Positions 54,742-63,955 of a stretch of DNA of 64,000 bases are shown here, one piece after another. The position numbers and the translations under genes were made by a program. This DNA is from Fulvimarina sp. GTDB lineage: Bacteria; Pseudomonadota; Alphaproteobacteria; Rhizobiales; Rhizobiaceae. Numbering within the stretch: position 1 is the first letter of the stretch; each line of letters begins with the position of its first letter. The notes under the pieces were generated by a model that searched no databases, was not told the DNA's origin, and saw nothing but the letters and a program-made list of their open reading frames with translations. The stretch is from positions 114,753 to 178,752 of the forward strand of contig PACL01000080.1 in NCBI GenBank assembly GCA_002700095.1, given 5' to 3'.

Positions 54742-55919
54742 GCCAGTTCTCCCGTCAGTCCGTGGCGGGCGAGAACCCGGATCGCATTGCCGAAAGGTAC
54801 GGGTGGCTTGCCGGTCAGGATGCGCAGCTTGTCGCGGGTGCGAAGGCGGGCGGCATAGAACCGGGCGACCAGCGGGGCGTCGAGACGGTAGAAGTGCTCG
54901 AGGATCCGGTAGCGCTGGGAGGCGTCGCCGGCGAAATACAGAAGCCGGTTCAGCATGCGGAAGAAGCCCCGCGCCTTCCAGGTATCGATGGAGTGGCGGC
55001 GGGTCTCGGCGTAGAGCGTGTCCGCCGTGTGATCGGGCAGGCCGACGATGCGGTCGGCGAGCTTGACCGCGTCGGGGAGCGAATAGCCGGTGGTCGGATG
55101 GAACAAACCGGCGGCAAGGCCCGAAGCTGCGACACCGGCCTTGTCGTTCCAGAAGGCCTCGATATCCCCGTCGATGGCGATCGGCAGAATGCCTTCCTCC
55201 TCGCGCAGGATCGTCGCCGGCTGCCAGTCATGGGCGGCCATGTAGTCGCCGATCGAGGCGGCAAGCCGGGCGCGATCGAGTTCGGCGCCGTCGGCATAGT
55301 AGGTGTCCTCGATCAACAGGCGGGTGTCGGTCAGCGGCAGGAGATAGACGAAGCGGTAGCCGTCCGCCTGCGGGACCGTCGCGTCCATGATCACCGGCCG
55401 GTCGACGCCGTGGGGCGCCCGCATCTCGATTTCCTGGCCGAGGAACTTCTGGAAGCCGAGGCGCATGTGCCGGCTCGGCGCGTGGCCGCGGCCGTCGACA
55501 ACCGCGCCGGCCGTCATCGTCGAGCCGTCTTCAAGGACGAGCGACCGGGGCGTCACGGCCCGGACCGGCGCGTTGCAGTGAATCGCGCCTTCGAGCCGCT
55601 GCTCCAGCACCTCCCGGAAGCGCTCCGAGGCGACGCTGCGATAACCGGTGCCGAGGCTCTTGCGGCGGTTCGGGAAGCGAACCTCGTTGTCCTGCCAGGC
55701 ATAGGTGACGAAGGGCCTCATCCAGTTATGTTCGGACGGTGTCAGGTCGCCCTCGTGGAACGACCAGGTGTGATTGCCGCCGACGGCCGGTCCGGCCTCG
55801 AACACGGCAACCCGGAGTTCGGGACGCAGGTCCTTCAGCCGCCAGGCGATCAACCCGTTGGCGAGCCCCCCGCCGACGAGAGCGATATCGACGCCGTCAA
55901 TGGCGGCCATGCATCCCAT
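54738..55919 (-). CDS. crtY: lycopene beta-cyclase
   Basis: 393 aa: DIALVGGGLANGLIAWRL..GGNHTWSFH. Alternative ATG at 55910. Confidence 0.92.
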   Translation of the reverse strand: MGCMAAIDGVDIALVGGGLANGLIAWRLKDLRPELRVAVFEAGPAVGGNHTWSFHEGDLTPSEHNWMRPFVTYAWQDNEVRFPNRRKSLGTGYRSVASERFREVLEQRLEGAIHCNAPVRAVTPRSLVLEDGSTMTAGAVVDGRGHAPSRHMRLGFQKFLGQEIEMRAPHGVDRPVIMDATVPQADGYRFVYLLPLTDTRLLIEDTYYADGAELDRARLAASIGDYMAAHDWQPATILREEEGILPIAIDGDIEAFWNDKAGVAASGLAAGLFHPTTGYSLPDAVKLADRIVGLPDHTADTLYAETRRHSIDTWKARGFFRMLNRLLYFAGDASQRYRILEHFYRLDAPLVARFYAARLRTRDKLRILTGKPPVPFGNAIRVLARHGLTGELA

Positions 55920-57186
55920 GCCCTTCTGGTCGCTCCTCCCCCATGGAGGCTTTCAGCGCTGCTTCGATCAGGTCCGCTGCCAGGGCCGATCCGCCGGCCC
56001 TCGCAACGTCGTTCCCGATGCGACGCGCATTGTCAGTGAAACTAGCTTGTATCAGCAATCGCTCAAGGCGGCTTGCGATTGAACGCACGGACAAATGGCC
56101 GCGCGTCAGCCTCTCGCCGACGCCATGATGGACGATGCGGGCGGCGACGCCCGGCTGGTCGAAGGCCATCGGCATCGCCAGCATGGGCTTGCCCGCCTCC
56201 AGTGCGTCGAGGACGGTGTTCATGCCGGCATGGGTGACGCAGACGTCGGCCTCGCGCAGCATCGCCTGCTGTGGCACGAAATCGGTGACCAGCGCGGCGT
56301 CGATGGTGGCGGCCTCTGAGGGGCCAAGCCGGCCACAATGGGCGACGACGCAATCGGCGCCGACGAGACGGCAGGCTTCGGCGATCCTGCGGAACAGCCG
56401 CAGTCGGTGCCCCTGGAGTGTGCCGAAGGAGGCGAACACCAGCGGCCTGACCGGATCACGCCGAATCGGCAATGTCGGCGCTCCCCCTCGCATCGGCCGG
56501 ATCGGCCCGACGCCATGGCGGACCGGCGACGGCTGGCGCGGGAAATCGAAGCTGTCGACCATCTGACCGATCTGGCAGGTCGGGGACAGGCAGTCGGCCA
56601 GGGACCGGCGTTCGGACAGCTGGAATGTCTCGGCCCAGCGGGCGATCGTCCGGTTCTGGCGGGCGAGCAGCAGGTCGGCGACCATCACACCGCCGCGGTT
56701 GCGCTTCAGCCCCGCCTCGCTCGCATCATAGGGCCAACCGAGAAAGGGCAGCGGCACCGAGGGATCGTCGTGCACGGGCAGCGCCGACGCCACCGACACG
56801 AGCGGCAGGCGGAGATGGCTCGCCACGAGGCCCGCCCCCGGCTCCATCTGGTCGCCGATGATCGCGTCGATCCGCAGGTCGCGGCAGAGGGCCGGCGCGC
56901 CGCGGCAGAGCTCGTCGGTGAGGCGGGCAGAATCACGCACGGTGCGCAGCACCGACAGGGGGCCGCCGCCGGCGGCAGCGCGTGTCGTCAGCCGGTCGAG
57001 ATCGTCACGGGAACGGCGGCCGACTTCGTGGACGACGATACCAGGCGCCTCCGCGATCATTCCCGCCGCGCCGCCATTGACGATGAAGTGAATGGTGTGG
57101 CCACGACGCACGAGTTCCGCCGCCAGCGTCTCGAACAGCCGCAGATGGCTGTAATAGGGGGGACAGACGACGGCAAAACGGGTCAT
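55897..57186 (-). CDS. crtX: zeaxanthin glucosyltransferase (GT1 family)
   Basis: 429 aa from the ATG at 57186. MTRFAVVCPPYYSHLRLFETLAAELVRRGH closely parallels the Pantoea CrtX N-terminus. The C-terminal UDP-sugar motif is THAGMNTVLDAL. The ORF upstream extension to 57423 is rejected. Confidence 0.88.
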   Translation of the reverse strand: MTRFAVVCPPYYSHLRLFETLAAELVRRGHTIHFIVNGGAAGMIAEAPGIVVHEVGRRSRDDLDRLTTRAAAGGGPLSVLRTVRDSARLTDELCRGAPALCRDLRIDAIIGDQMEPGAGLVASHLRLPLVSVASALPVHDDPSVPLPFLGWPYDASEAGLKRNRGGVMVADLLLARQNRTIARWAETFQLSERRSLADCLSPTCQIGQMVDSFDFPRQPSPVRHGVGPIRPMRGGAPTLPIRRDPVRPLVFASFGTLQGHRLRLFRRIAEACRLVGADCVVAHCGRLGPSEAATIDAALVTDFVPQQAMLREADVCVTHAGMNTVLDALEAGKPMLAMPMAFDQPGVAARIVHHGVGERLTRGHLSVRSIASRLERLLIQASFTDNARRIGNDVARAGGSALAADLIEAALKASMGEERPEGHGMHGRH

Positions 57187-57302
57187 GGGAACGCACTTCG
57201 AGGCAACCGGCGACTTGAACGACGCGGCGGTTGCGACATTCTTAGGCCATAGCCGACCCGCGCGCCATTCCATCCCATCTTCCCAATCAAGATGATAAAG
57301 CC

Positions 57303-57962
57303 TTGACACTGCTGTTCGATCGCAGACGGCAGGCGCCACGACGCCTGCGCCAGGAGCCTGCCGTGCTCGCGCGCTGCGCCCCCGAGCCAAAGGTCGAGCG
57401 CCCGGCGTTCCGCTCCGATGCATCGATCTTCCGGTCCCATGGCGTCAGTCTCGCCACCGCCGCCCTCTTGTTCGCCGCGCTGGTGGTCTGGCTGCGGATC
57501 GTCGACCGTCCGTGGATCTGTCCCTGCGGCTTCGTCGAACTCTGGCAGGGCGAACTGAGCCAGGCGCAGAACAGCCAGCAGTTCTCCGACTGGTACTCGG
57601 CGCTCCACGTCATCTTCGGCATGGCTCTCTTCGGCTTCGTCGCCCGGATGGCGCCCCGCTGGCCGCTGGCCAAGCGCGCCGTCCTCGCCGTCGCGTCGAG
57701 TGGTGCCTGGGAGGCGATGGAGAATACCCCCGCCCTCATCGCCATGTTCAGCCATTCGCCGGATGCGCCGGACTATTTCGGCGATTCGATCCTCAATGCG
57801 GCCGGCGACACGATCTTCGTCATAGCCGGCTTCTTCCTGGCCGCGAGACTGCCGGCCTGGGCGACGGTGCTTGTGGCCATCGGGCTCGATCTGGTCGTCG
57901 AGGTGGCGATCGGCGACGGCTTCGTCCTCGGGACGCTGAGACTGCTGAGAATTGCCGTCTGA
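57303..57962 (+). CDS. UPF0314 / DUF2585-family membrane protein
   Basis: Contains RPWICPCGFVELWQGELSQAQNSQQFSDWYSALHVIFG, which is characteristic of the family (recollection). About 4-5 TM segments. The start codon is uncertain (TTG at 57303; no upstream ATG). Confidence 0.7.
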   Translation: MTLLFDRRRQAPRRLRQEPAVLARCAPEPKVERPAFRSDASIFRSHGVSLATAALLFAALVVWLRIVDRPWICPCGFVELWQGELSQAQNSQQFSDWYSALHVIFGMALFGFVARMAPRWPLAKRAVLAVASSGAWEAMENTPALIAMFSHSPDAPDYFGDSILNAAGDTIFVIAGFFLAARLPAWATVLVAIGLDLVVEVAIGDGFVLGTLRLLRIAV

Positions 57963-58033
57963 AGACGGCGGGAGCAATCGCCACAGTGGGGCGCCGGGAC
58001 GCTGACGGCGCGAAACCGCTGGTTCTCGGCCGA

Positions 58034-59611
58034 TCAGCCGCTCTTCCGCGCCGAGCGCGCCGCCCGTCGGGCGCGGGCCTCGTCGATGTCGTCGAGCCGG
58101 ACGTCGGGGAGCTTGGTCCGCCAGCCCGTGCCGGCGATGGTCACCACCCGGTTGCCGCGGAAGTCGCGATCAGCCTTGATCAGCCCGCGCTCGTCCATGA
58201 AGGACAACAGGAACCGCCCCCGCGATGGCGAATGGCTACCATAGGCCCGGGCGAGCGCGTCGTCCGAGGGGCACTCCGCCTCGTCCCGCGCGGCCCGGGC
58301 GAGCATCATGAAGACGCCCTGCATCTCCTCCGGCAGTTCCCCGGCCCGCTCGATCACCACCTGCCATTCCGGATCGTCGGTGGCCTCGCCGATGCCGGCC
58401 CGCGCCAGGGAGAGCCGGCGGCGAAAGGCGGTCATGTCGGTGGCGGCACCGGAGATGCGCTTCAGCCGGCAATGGGTGAGGAACTCCTGATAGAGCACCG
58501 GCACCGGCCGGAAAGCGGCTTCGGGATCCTGCAGCATCTCGGCGAAGATGGCGTCGACGGCCGCCATCCGTTCCTCGACCGAGCGCGGATCCTCGTCCTC
58601 GACCGGCTCGGAGACCGACGGGCTCTGGCTGACGCGTTCGAGGATCGCCCTGGTCGGCACGGCGGTGCTCGCCGGGTCGATCCGCGGCGCCGGAGGCGGC
58701 GGCGGGAAGCCGGGCGTCGCCCGCCGCGCCTGGCGGCGCTCCGCCTCCTCTTCTTCCGGGCTCGCGGTGAAGACGAGATCGGCGAGGTCTTCCGGCGCGA
58801 GTTCCGGCAGCGGCGCCAGCGTCGGCCGGCCGGCCTTGGAGTGGGTCTCGGTCGTGCCGATGCGGATCGGCACCGGGCGGCGGTAGAGCGCCGGCCCGAG
58901 CGCCACGAACTCGCCGGTGTTCAAGTCCCGGAAACGCTCGGCGGCGCGGCGGTCCATGCCGAGGAGGTCGGCGGCGCGGGCCATGTCGATGTCGAGGAAG
59001 GTGCGGCCCATCAGGAAGTTCGAGGCTTCAGCCGCGACGTTCTTGGCGAGCTTGGCGAGACGCTGGGTGGCGATGACGCCGGCCAGGCCGCGCTTGCGCC
59101 CGCGGCACATGAGGTTGGTCATCGCGCCGAGCGAGGCTTTCCGCGCCTCGTCCGAATGCTCGCCGGACATCGAGGGCGCAAAGAGATGCGCCTCGTCGAC
59201 GGCGATCAGCATCGGGAACCAGTGGGCCCGGTCGGCCTCGAACAGGCCGTTGAGGAACGCCGCCGCACAGAGCATCTGCACCTCGGCGTCGAGCCCCTCG
59301 AGGTTGAGCACCGCCGAGGCCCTATGCTGGCGGATGCGGCCGGCGATGCGCGTCAGCTCGGCCGGCGTCCGGTTGGCGTCGACGACGACGTGGCCGTATC
59401 GCTCGGCGAGCGTGACGAAGTCGCCCTCCGGGTCGACGATCGCCTGCTGCACGTGGCCGGCGCTGCGCTCCAAGAGGCGGCGAAGCAGATGCGACTTGCC
59501 GGAGCCGGAATTGCCCTGGACGAGAAGGCGCGTCGACAGGAGTTCCTCAAGGTCCAGTTCGGCCGGCTCACCGTTATGGGTCGTGCCGAGATCGACGGCG
59601 ACGGTCATCAT
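58034..59611 (-). CDS. HerA/FtsK-superfamily P-loop ATPase with Pro-rich linker and uncharacterised C-terminal domain
   Basis: 525 aa. Walker A LLVQGNSGSGKSH (aa ~40-52), Walker B MLIAVDEAHLF, and ATQRLAKL...NFLMGRT. Linker EEEEAERRQARRATPGFPPPPPAPR. The roughly 220-aa C-terminal part has no motif I recognise. Confidence 0.75.
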   Translation of the reverse strand: MMTVAVDLGTTHNGEPAELDLEELLSTRLLVQGNSGSGKSHLLRRLLERSAGHVQQAIVDPEGDFVTLAERYGHVVVDANRTPAELTRIAGRIRQHRASAVLNLEGLDAEVQMLCAAAFLNGLFEADRAHWFPMLIAVDEAHLFAPSMSGEHSDEARKASLGAMTNLMCRGRKRGLAGVIATQRLAKLAKNVAAEASNFLMGRTFLDIDMARAADLLGMDRRAAERFRDLNTGEFVALGPALYRRPVPIRIGTTETHSKAGRPTLAPLPELAPEDLADLVFTASPEEEEAERRQARRATPGFPPPPPAPRIDPASTAVPTRAILERVSQSPSVSEPVEDEDPRSVEERMAAVDAIFAEMLQDPEAAFRPVPVLYQEFLTHCRLKRISGAATDMTAFRRRLSLARAGIGEATDDPEWQVVIERAGELPEEMQGVFMMLARAARDEAECPSDDALARAYGSHSPSRGRFLLSFMDERGLIKADRDFRGNRVVTIAGTGWRTKLPDVRLDDIDEARARRAARSARKSG

Positions 59612-59858
59612 CTGCCTTTCGGGTGGATCGGGCGAGGGTTCGGCTAAGGGGCGCGAGGCACGCCGGAGCGGCAGTCCGCACCATGGCGCAACCTAGCACG
59701 CCGAGGTGTGGCATGACGGTCGCAGATGCGGCTGTCCACAGAATCGCTGGCTGCGCCAGGCCCGATATGGATTGGCTCGAAATGCCGGAGGATCGAGCGC
59801 TCAGCCCGCCATCTGGGTCGGGATGTCGCTGACCAATGCCCCCGCCACGTCCGCCCTG

Positions 59859-61145
59859 TCACCCCACCAGGATCACCCGGCAGTCGTTGACATTGGTATG
59901 GGTCGGGCCGGGCTGCAGCAGATCGCCGATCCCGGCGAAGAAGCCGGTCGAGTCGTTGTCCGCCAGCGCCGCTGCGGGGTCGATGCCGGCGGCTCGCGCC
60001 CGCTGCAGCGTCGAGGGGAGGACGAAGGCGCCGGCCGGGTCGGTAGCGAGGCCGGTGCCGCCGTCGGTGCCGTCGGTGTCGCCGGAGAGCGCCGCGATGC
60101 CTCCCGCGCCGTCGAGGGCGACGGCGAGGGCCAAAGCATATTCCTGGTTCGGGCCGCCCTTCCCCTCGCCGCGGATCGTCACGGTCAGTTCGCCGCCGGA
60201 CAGGATCGCCAGCGCCTCGCCGCGCGCCTTGGCGGCCAGCGCGAGGCGGGCATGCTCGGCCGCTACGTCGCGGGCCTCGCCCTCGACATCGGCGCCGAGG
60301 TTCAGCACCTCGTAGCCGGCCGCCCTCGCCGCCCGCTCTGCCGCCGCCAGCGCCTCGGCGGGCGTCGCGACGATGGTGAATGCGGCGCCTTCGAAGGCCG
60401 CATCGCCCGGCTTCGGGCTCTCGTTCGCCGGATCGTCCAGCGCCGCCCGGCAGCTTTCCGGCAGCGCGATGCCGCGTCGTTCGATGATGGCGCGGGCGTC
60501 GGCCAGCGTCGTTGCGTCCGGCACCGTCGGCCCCGATGCTATGACGCTCGGATCGTCGCCGGGCACGTCCGAGATCGCCAGCGTCACCAGCCGCGCGCCG
60601 CCGGCCCGCGCCGCAGCAGCGAGCCGCCCGCCCTTGATCTGCGACAGGTGCTTCCTCACGCAGTTGATCTCGTCGATGCCCGCGCCGCTCCGCAGGAGCG
60701 CCTTCGTCACCGCCTGCTTGTCGGCGAGCGACACGCCCGGCGCCGGCGCCAGCCAGTTGGCGGACCCGCCGCCGGAGATCAGCGCCAGCACGAGGTCGTC
60801 GGGACCGGCCCCGGCGGCAAGCTCCAGCACCGCACGCGTCGCCGCCAGCCCTGCCTCGTTGGGCAGCGGATGGCCCGCCTCGACCACCCGGATCGGCCCG
60901 GCGGGGAGCGCGTAGCCGTCGCGGGTGACGGCGATGCCCACCACCCGTCCGGGCTCGAGGCCCCGGTCGTAATGGGTGACGGCGGCGGCTGCCATGGATG
61001 CCGCCGCCTTGCCGGCAGCAAGGACGACGACCCGACCCGCCGGCAGCTCGGGCAGATGGGCGGGAAGGATCGCCTGCGGATGCGCCGCCTCGACGCAGGC
61101 GTCGAAAATCCCGTCCAGAACCCGCCTGATCCGTGCCTCTTCCAT
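59859..61145 (-). CDS. glycerate 2-kinase / hydroxypyruvate reductase-type (DUF4147 + MOFRL)
   Basis: 428 aa from the ATG at 61145. Motifs VVVLAAGKAAASMA, LISGGGSA and KHLSQIKGG. Confidence 0.85.
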   Translation of the reverse strand: MEEARIRRVLDGIFDACVEAAHPQAILPAHLPELPAGRVVVLAAGKAAASMAAAAVTHYDRGLEPGRVVGIAVTRDGYALPAGPIRVVEAGHPLPNEAGLAATRAVLELAAGAGPDDLVLALISGGGSANWLAPAPGVSLADKQAVTKALLRSGAGIDEINCVRKHLSQIKGGRLAAAARAGGARLVTLAISDVPGDDPSVIASGPTVPDATTLADARAIIERRGIALPESCRAALDDPANESPKPGDAAFEGAAFTIVATPAEALAAAERAARAAGYEVLNLGADVEGEARDVAAEHARLALAAKARGEALAILSGGELTVTIRGEGKGGPNQEYALALAVALDGAGGIAALSGDTDGTDGGTGLATDPAGAFVLPSTLQRARAAGIDPAAALADNDSTGFFAGIGDLLQPGPTHTNVNDCRVILVG

Positions 61146-61285
61146 CGCTCTCGCCGTCCCTGTCCTGTCCTGAAAATGCATGGCTGCAATAGCACAAATG
61201 TCATCCCGCGGCGCTCTTCGCCGCATTGCGCAATGCCTAGATAGAGTGCAAACCAACCCCGACCGAAACAACCGGGAGCCATCCC

Positions 61286-62704
61286 ATGTTCGAGGGCTTC
61301 GACCCAGTCAACCTGGCCCGATTCCAGTTCGCCTTCACAGTCTCCTTCCACATCATCTTTCCGGCCTTCACCATCGGCCTCGCCTCCTATCTGGCGGTGC
61401 TGGAGGGGCTGTGGCTCGCCACCGGCAAGCCGGTCTACATGGACACCTTCAAGTACTGGGTGAAGATCTTCGCCGTGTCCTTCGGCATGGGCGTCGTCTC
61501 GGGCATCGTGATGAGCTACCAGTTCGGCACGAACTGGTCGGTGTTTTCGGACAAGACCGGGCCGATCCTCGGCCCGCTGATGGGCTACGAGGTCCTCTCC
61601 GCCTTCTTCCTCGAGGCGGGCTTCCTCGGCATCATGCTGTTCGGCCAGAAGAAGGTCGGCAACAAGCTGCACTTCTTCGCGACCGTCGTCGTCGCGGTCG
61701 GGACGCTGTTCTCGGCCTTCTGGATCCTCTCGGTGAACTCCTGGATGCAGACGCCGCAAGGCTACGGCATCAATGCGGATGGGCAGTTCGTCCCGGAGGA
61801 CTGGTGGGCGATCGTCTTCAACCCGTCCTTCCCCTATCGCCTCGTCCACATGGTGCTCGCCGCCTACCTCACCACGGCCTTCGTGGTCGGCGGCGTCGGG
61901 GCGTTCCATCTCCTTCGCAACCGCTACAATGCCAGCGCGCGGACGATGTTCTCGATGGCGCTCTGGATGGCGGTCATCGTCGCGCCGCTGCAGATCGTCG
62001 CCGGCGACTTTCATGGCGTCAACACGCTGGAGCATCAGCCGGCCAAGATCGCGGCGATGGAAGGCCACTTCGAGACCAACACCGACCATCCGATGCCCCT
62101 CACCCTGTTCGGGATCCCGAACATGGAGACGGGCCGGACAGACTATGCCCTCGACGTGCCCTATCTCGGCTCGCTGATCCTCACCCACAGTCTCGACGGC
62201 GTGGTAAGAGGGCTCAACGAGTTTCCCCGCGACGAGTGGCCGAACTCGACGGTCGTGTTCTGGACGTTCCGGGTGATGGTGGCGATCGGCTTCGCCATGC
62301 TCGGCATCGGCCTGTGGTCGCTGTGGAAGCGGTTCCGCGGCACGCTTTACGAATCCTCCTGGCTGCAGCGGGCGATGATCCTGATGTCGCCGATGGGCTT
62401 CGTCGCCGTCCTCTGCGGCTGGGTCACCACCGAGATGGGCCGCCAACCCTTCACGGTCTACGGCCTCTTGCGCACCGCCGAGAGCCATTCGCCGATCAGC
62501 GCGCCGGCGGTCGGTGCCTCGCTCGTCGCCTTCATCGTGGTGTATTTCCTGCTCTTCGGCGCCGGGACCTTCTACATCCTGCGCCTGATGGGCAAGGCAC
62601 CGAGCCCCTACGAGGAGGACACCCCGCACCAGCCGACGCGAACCGCCGGCATCACCCCCGCCCCCTCCCTGGAGGGGCACAGGATCCCGGACCCGGCGGA
62701 ATAG
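61286..62704 (+). CDS. cydA: cytochrome bd-type ubiquinol oxidase subunit I (short Q-loop, CioA-like)
   Basis: 472 aa: LARFQFAFTVSFHIIFPAFTIGLA, GWVTTEMGRQPF. Confidence 0.95.
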   Translation: MFEGFDPVNLARFQFAFTVSFHIIFPAFTIGLASYLAVLEGLWLATGKPVYMDTFKYWVKIFAVSFGMGVVSGIVMSYQFGTNWSVFSDKTGPILGPLMGYEVLSAFFLEAGFLGIMLFGQKKVGNKLHFFATVVVAVGTLFSAFWILSVNSWMQTPQGYGINADGQFVPEDWWAIVFNPSFPYRLVHMVLAAYLTTAFVVGGVGAFHLLRNRYNASARTMFSMALWMAVIVAPLQIVAGDFHGVNTLEHQPAKIAAMEGHFETNTDHPMPLTLFGIPNMETGRTDYALDVPYLGSLILTHSLDGVVRGLNEFPRDEWPNSTVVFWTFRVMVAIGFAMLGIGLWSLWKRFRGTLYESSWLQRAMILMSPMGFVAVLCGWVTTEMGRQPFTVYGLLRTAESHSPISAPAVGASLVAFIVVYFLLFGAGTFYILRLMGKAPSPYEEDTPHQPTRTAGITPAPSLEGHRIPDPAE

Positions 62705-62714
62705 GAGAACGGAC

Positions 62715-63716
62715 ATGGATCTCGCAGTCCTCTGGGCTTTCCTCATCGCCTTCGCCGTCGTCGCCTATGTCATCCTCGACGGCTTCGATCTCGGCACGGG
62801 TATCCTGTTCCCGTTCCTCGGCCGCGACGAGAGCCGCGACACAGCGATGAATTCCGTCGCGCCGATCTGGGACGGCAACGAGACCTGGCTGATTCTCGGC
62901 GGCGGCGGGCTCTTCGCCGTCTTCCCGCTCGCCTATGCGATCATCATGCCGGCGCTCTACGCCCCGATCATCGCCATGCTGCTGGCGCTGATCTTTCGCG
63001 GCGTCGCCTTCGAATACCGGTTCAAGACGGTGCGCGGCCGCTGGATGTGGGACGTCTCGTTCTTCGTCGGCTCGCTCACCGCCGCCTTCTGCCAGGGCAT
63101 CGCGCTGGGCGCCCTCGTTCAGGGGATCGAGGTCGAGGGCCGCGCCTATGCCGGCGGCTGGTTCGACTGGCTGACGCCTTTCTCGCTGGCGACGGGCGTC
63201 GCCGTCGTCGTCGGCTACGCGCTGCTCGGCGCGACCTGGCTGGTGATGAAGACCGAGGGGGACGTCCATGACATCGCCCGCCGCTACGCCTTTGCCCTCG
63301 CTGTGGGAACGCTCGGCGCGATCGGCGGAGTCAGCCTGTGGATGCCGTTCCTGCAGCCGGAGTTCTACTCGCGCTGGTTCGCCAGCGTGCCGCAGTTCAT
63401 GACGGTCGCCTGGGTCCCGGTGCTTCTCGTTGTGGTCGCGATCAGCCTGTTCCAGTCGCTGGCGACGGGCAAGCATCACCGCCCGTTCCTCTCGGCGCTC
63501 GCGCTGTTCGTCCTGTGCTTCGTCGGGCTGGGGATCAACTTCTATCCGAACATCATCCCGCCGGACGTCACGATCTGGCAGGCGGCGGCACCGGAATCGA
63601 GCCTGATCTTCCTGCTCGTCGGGGCGTCGGTGCTGATCCCGGTCATCCTGATCTATACCGGCTTCGCCTACTGGATCTTCCGCGGCAAGGTGCGTGAGGG
63701 AGAGGGCTACCATTGA
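62715..63716 (+). CDS. cydB: cytochrome bd-type ubiquinol oxidase subunit II
   Basis: 333 aa. VILDGFDLGTGIL and WDGNETWLI are typical of CydB. Confidence 0.95.
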   Translation: MDLAVLWAFLIAFAVVAYVILDGFDLGTGILFPFLGRDESRDTAMNSVAPIWDGNETWLILGGGGLFAVFPLAYAIIMPALYAPIIAMLLALIFRGVAFEYRFKTVRGRWMWDVSFFVGSLTAAFCQGIALGALVQGIEVEGRAYAGGWFDWLTPFSLATGVAVVVGYALLGATWLVMKTEGDVHDIARRYAFALAVGTLGAIGGVSLWMPFLQPEFYSRWFASVPQFMTVAWVPVLLVVVAISLFQSLATGKHHRPFLSALALFVLCFVGLGINFYPNIIPPDVTIWQAAAPESSLIFLLVGASVLIPVILIYTGFAYWIFRGKVREGEGYH

Positions 63717-63853
63717 CCCCGGACGACGTCGAACGCGAGACGGGCGACCGCCCGGCCTGGCAACGCTGGTTGTGGTTCGTGGTGCTGTGGCTGGCGGGCA
63801 TCGGCTTCATCGGAGCCGTCGCGCTCACCATCCGCCTCGCATTGATCGGCTGA
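63713..63853 (+). CDS. DUF2474-like small membrane protein (not in the supplied ORF track)
   Basis: The TTG start overlaps the cydB stop (TTGA). 46 aa: (M)TPDDVERETGDRPAWQRWLWFVVLWLAGIGFIGAVALTIRLALIG. One TM helix. This is the position where cioAB operons carry a DUF2474 mini-gene (recollection). Confidence 0.55.
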   Translation: MTPDDVERETGDRPAWQRWLWFVVLWLAGIGFIGAVALTIRLALIG

Positions 63854-63955
63854 ATTCGCCCCTGCCGAACTCGCGACCGTGTCGCCTGCTGCGGTAAGCT
63901 GGCATTCGCTTTGTCCGATTAGTCTCTGTCCGTGCAATGGCGAGCGGAGAGAGCG

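Noticed and set aside
57187-57423. N-terminal extension of crtX (ORF open to 57423). Likewise for idi (to 50479), cbbL (to 42852), cbbX (to 40533), glycerate kinase (to 61271) and hupE (to 10197)
   Set aside because: The extensions are Arg/Pro-rich, lack homology, and in several cases run through repeats. Internal ATG codons coincide with the conserved N-termini and, where visible, with Shine-Dalgarno motifs.
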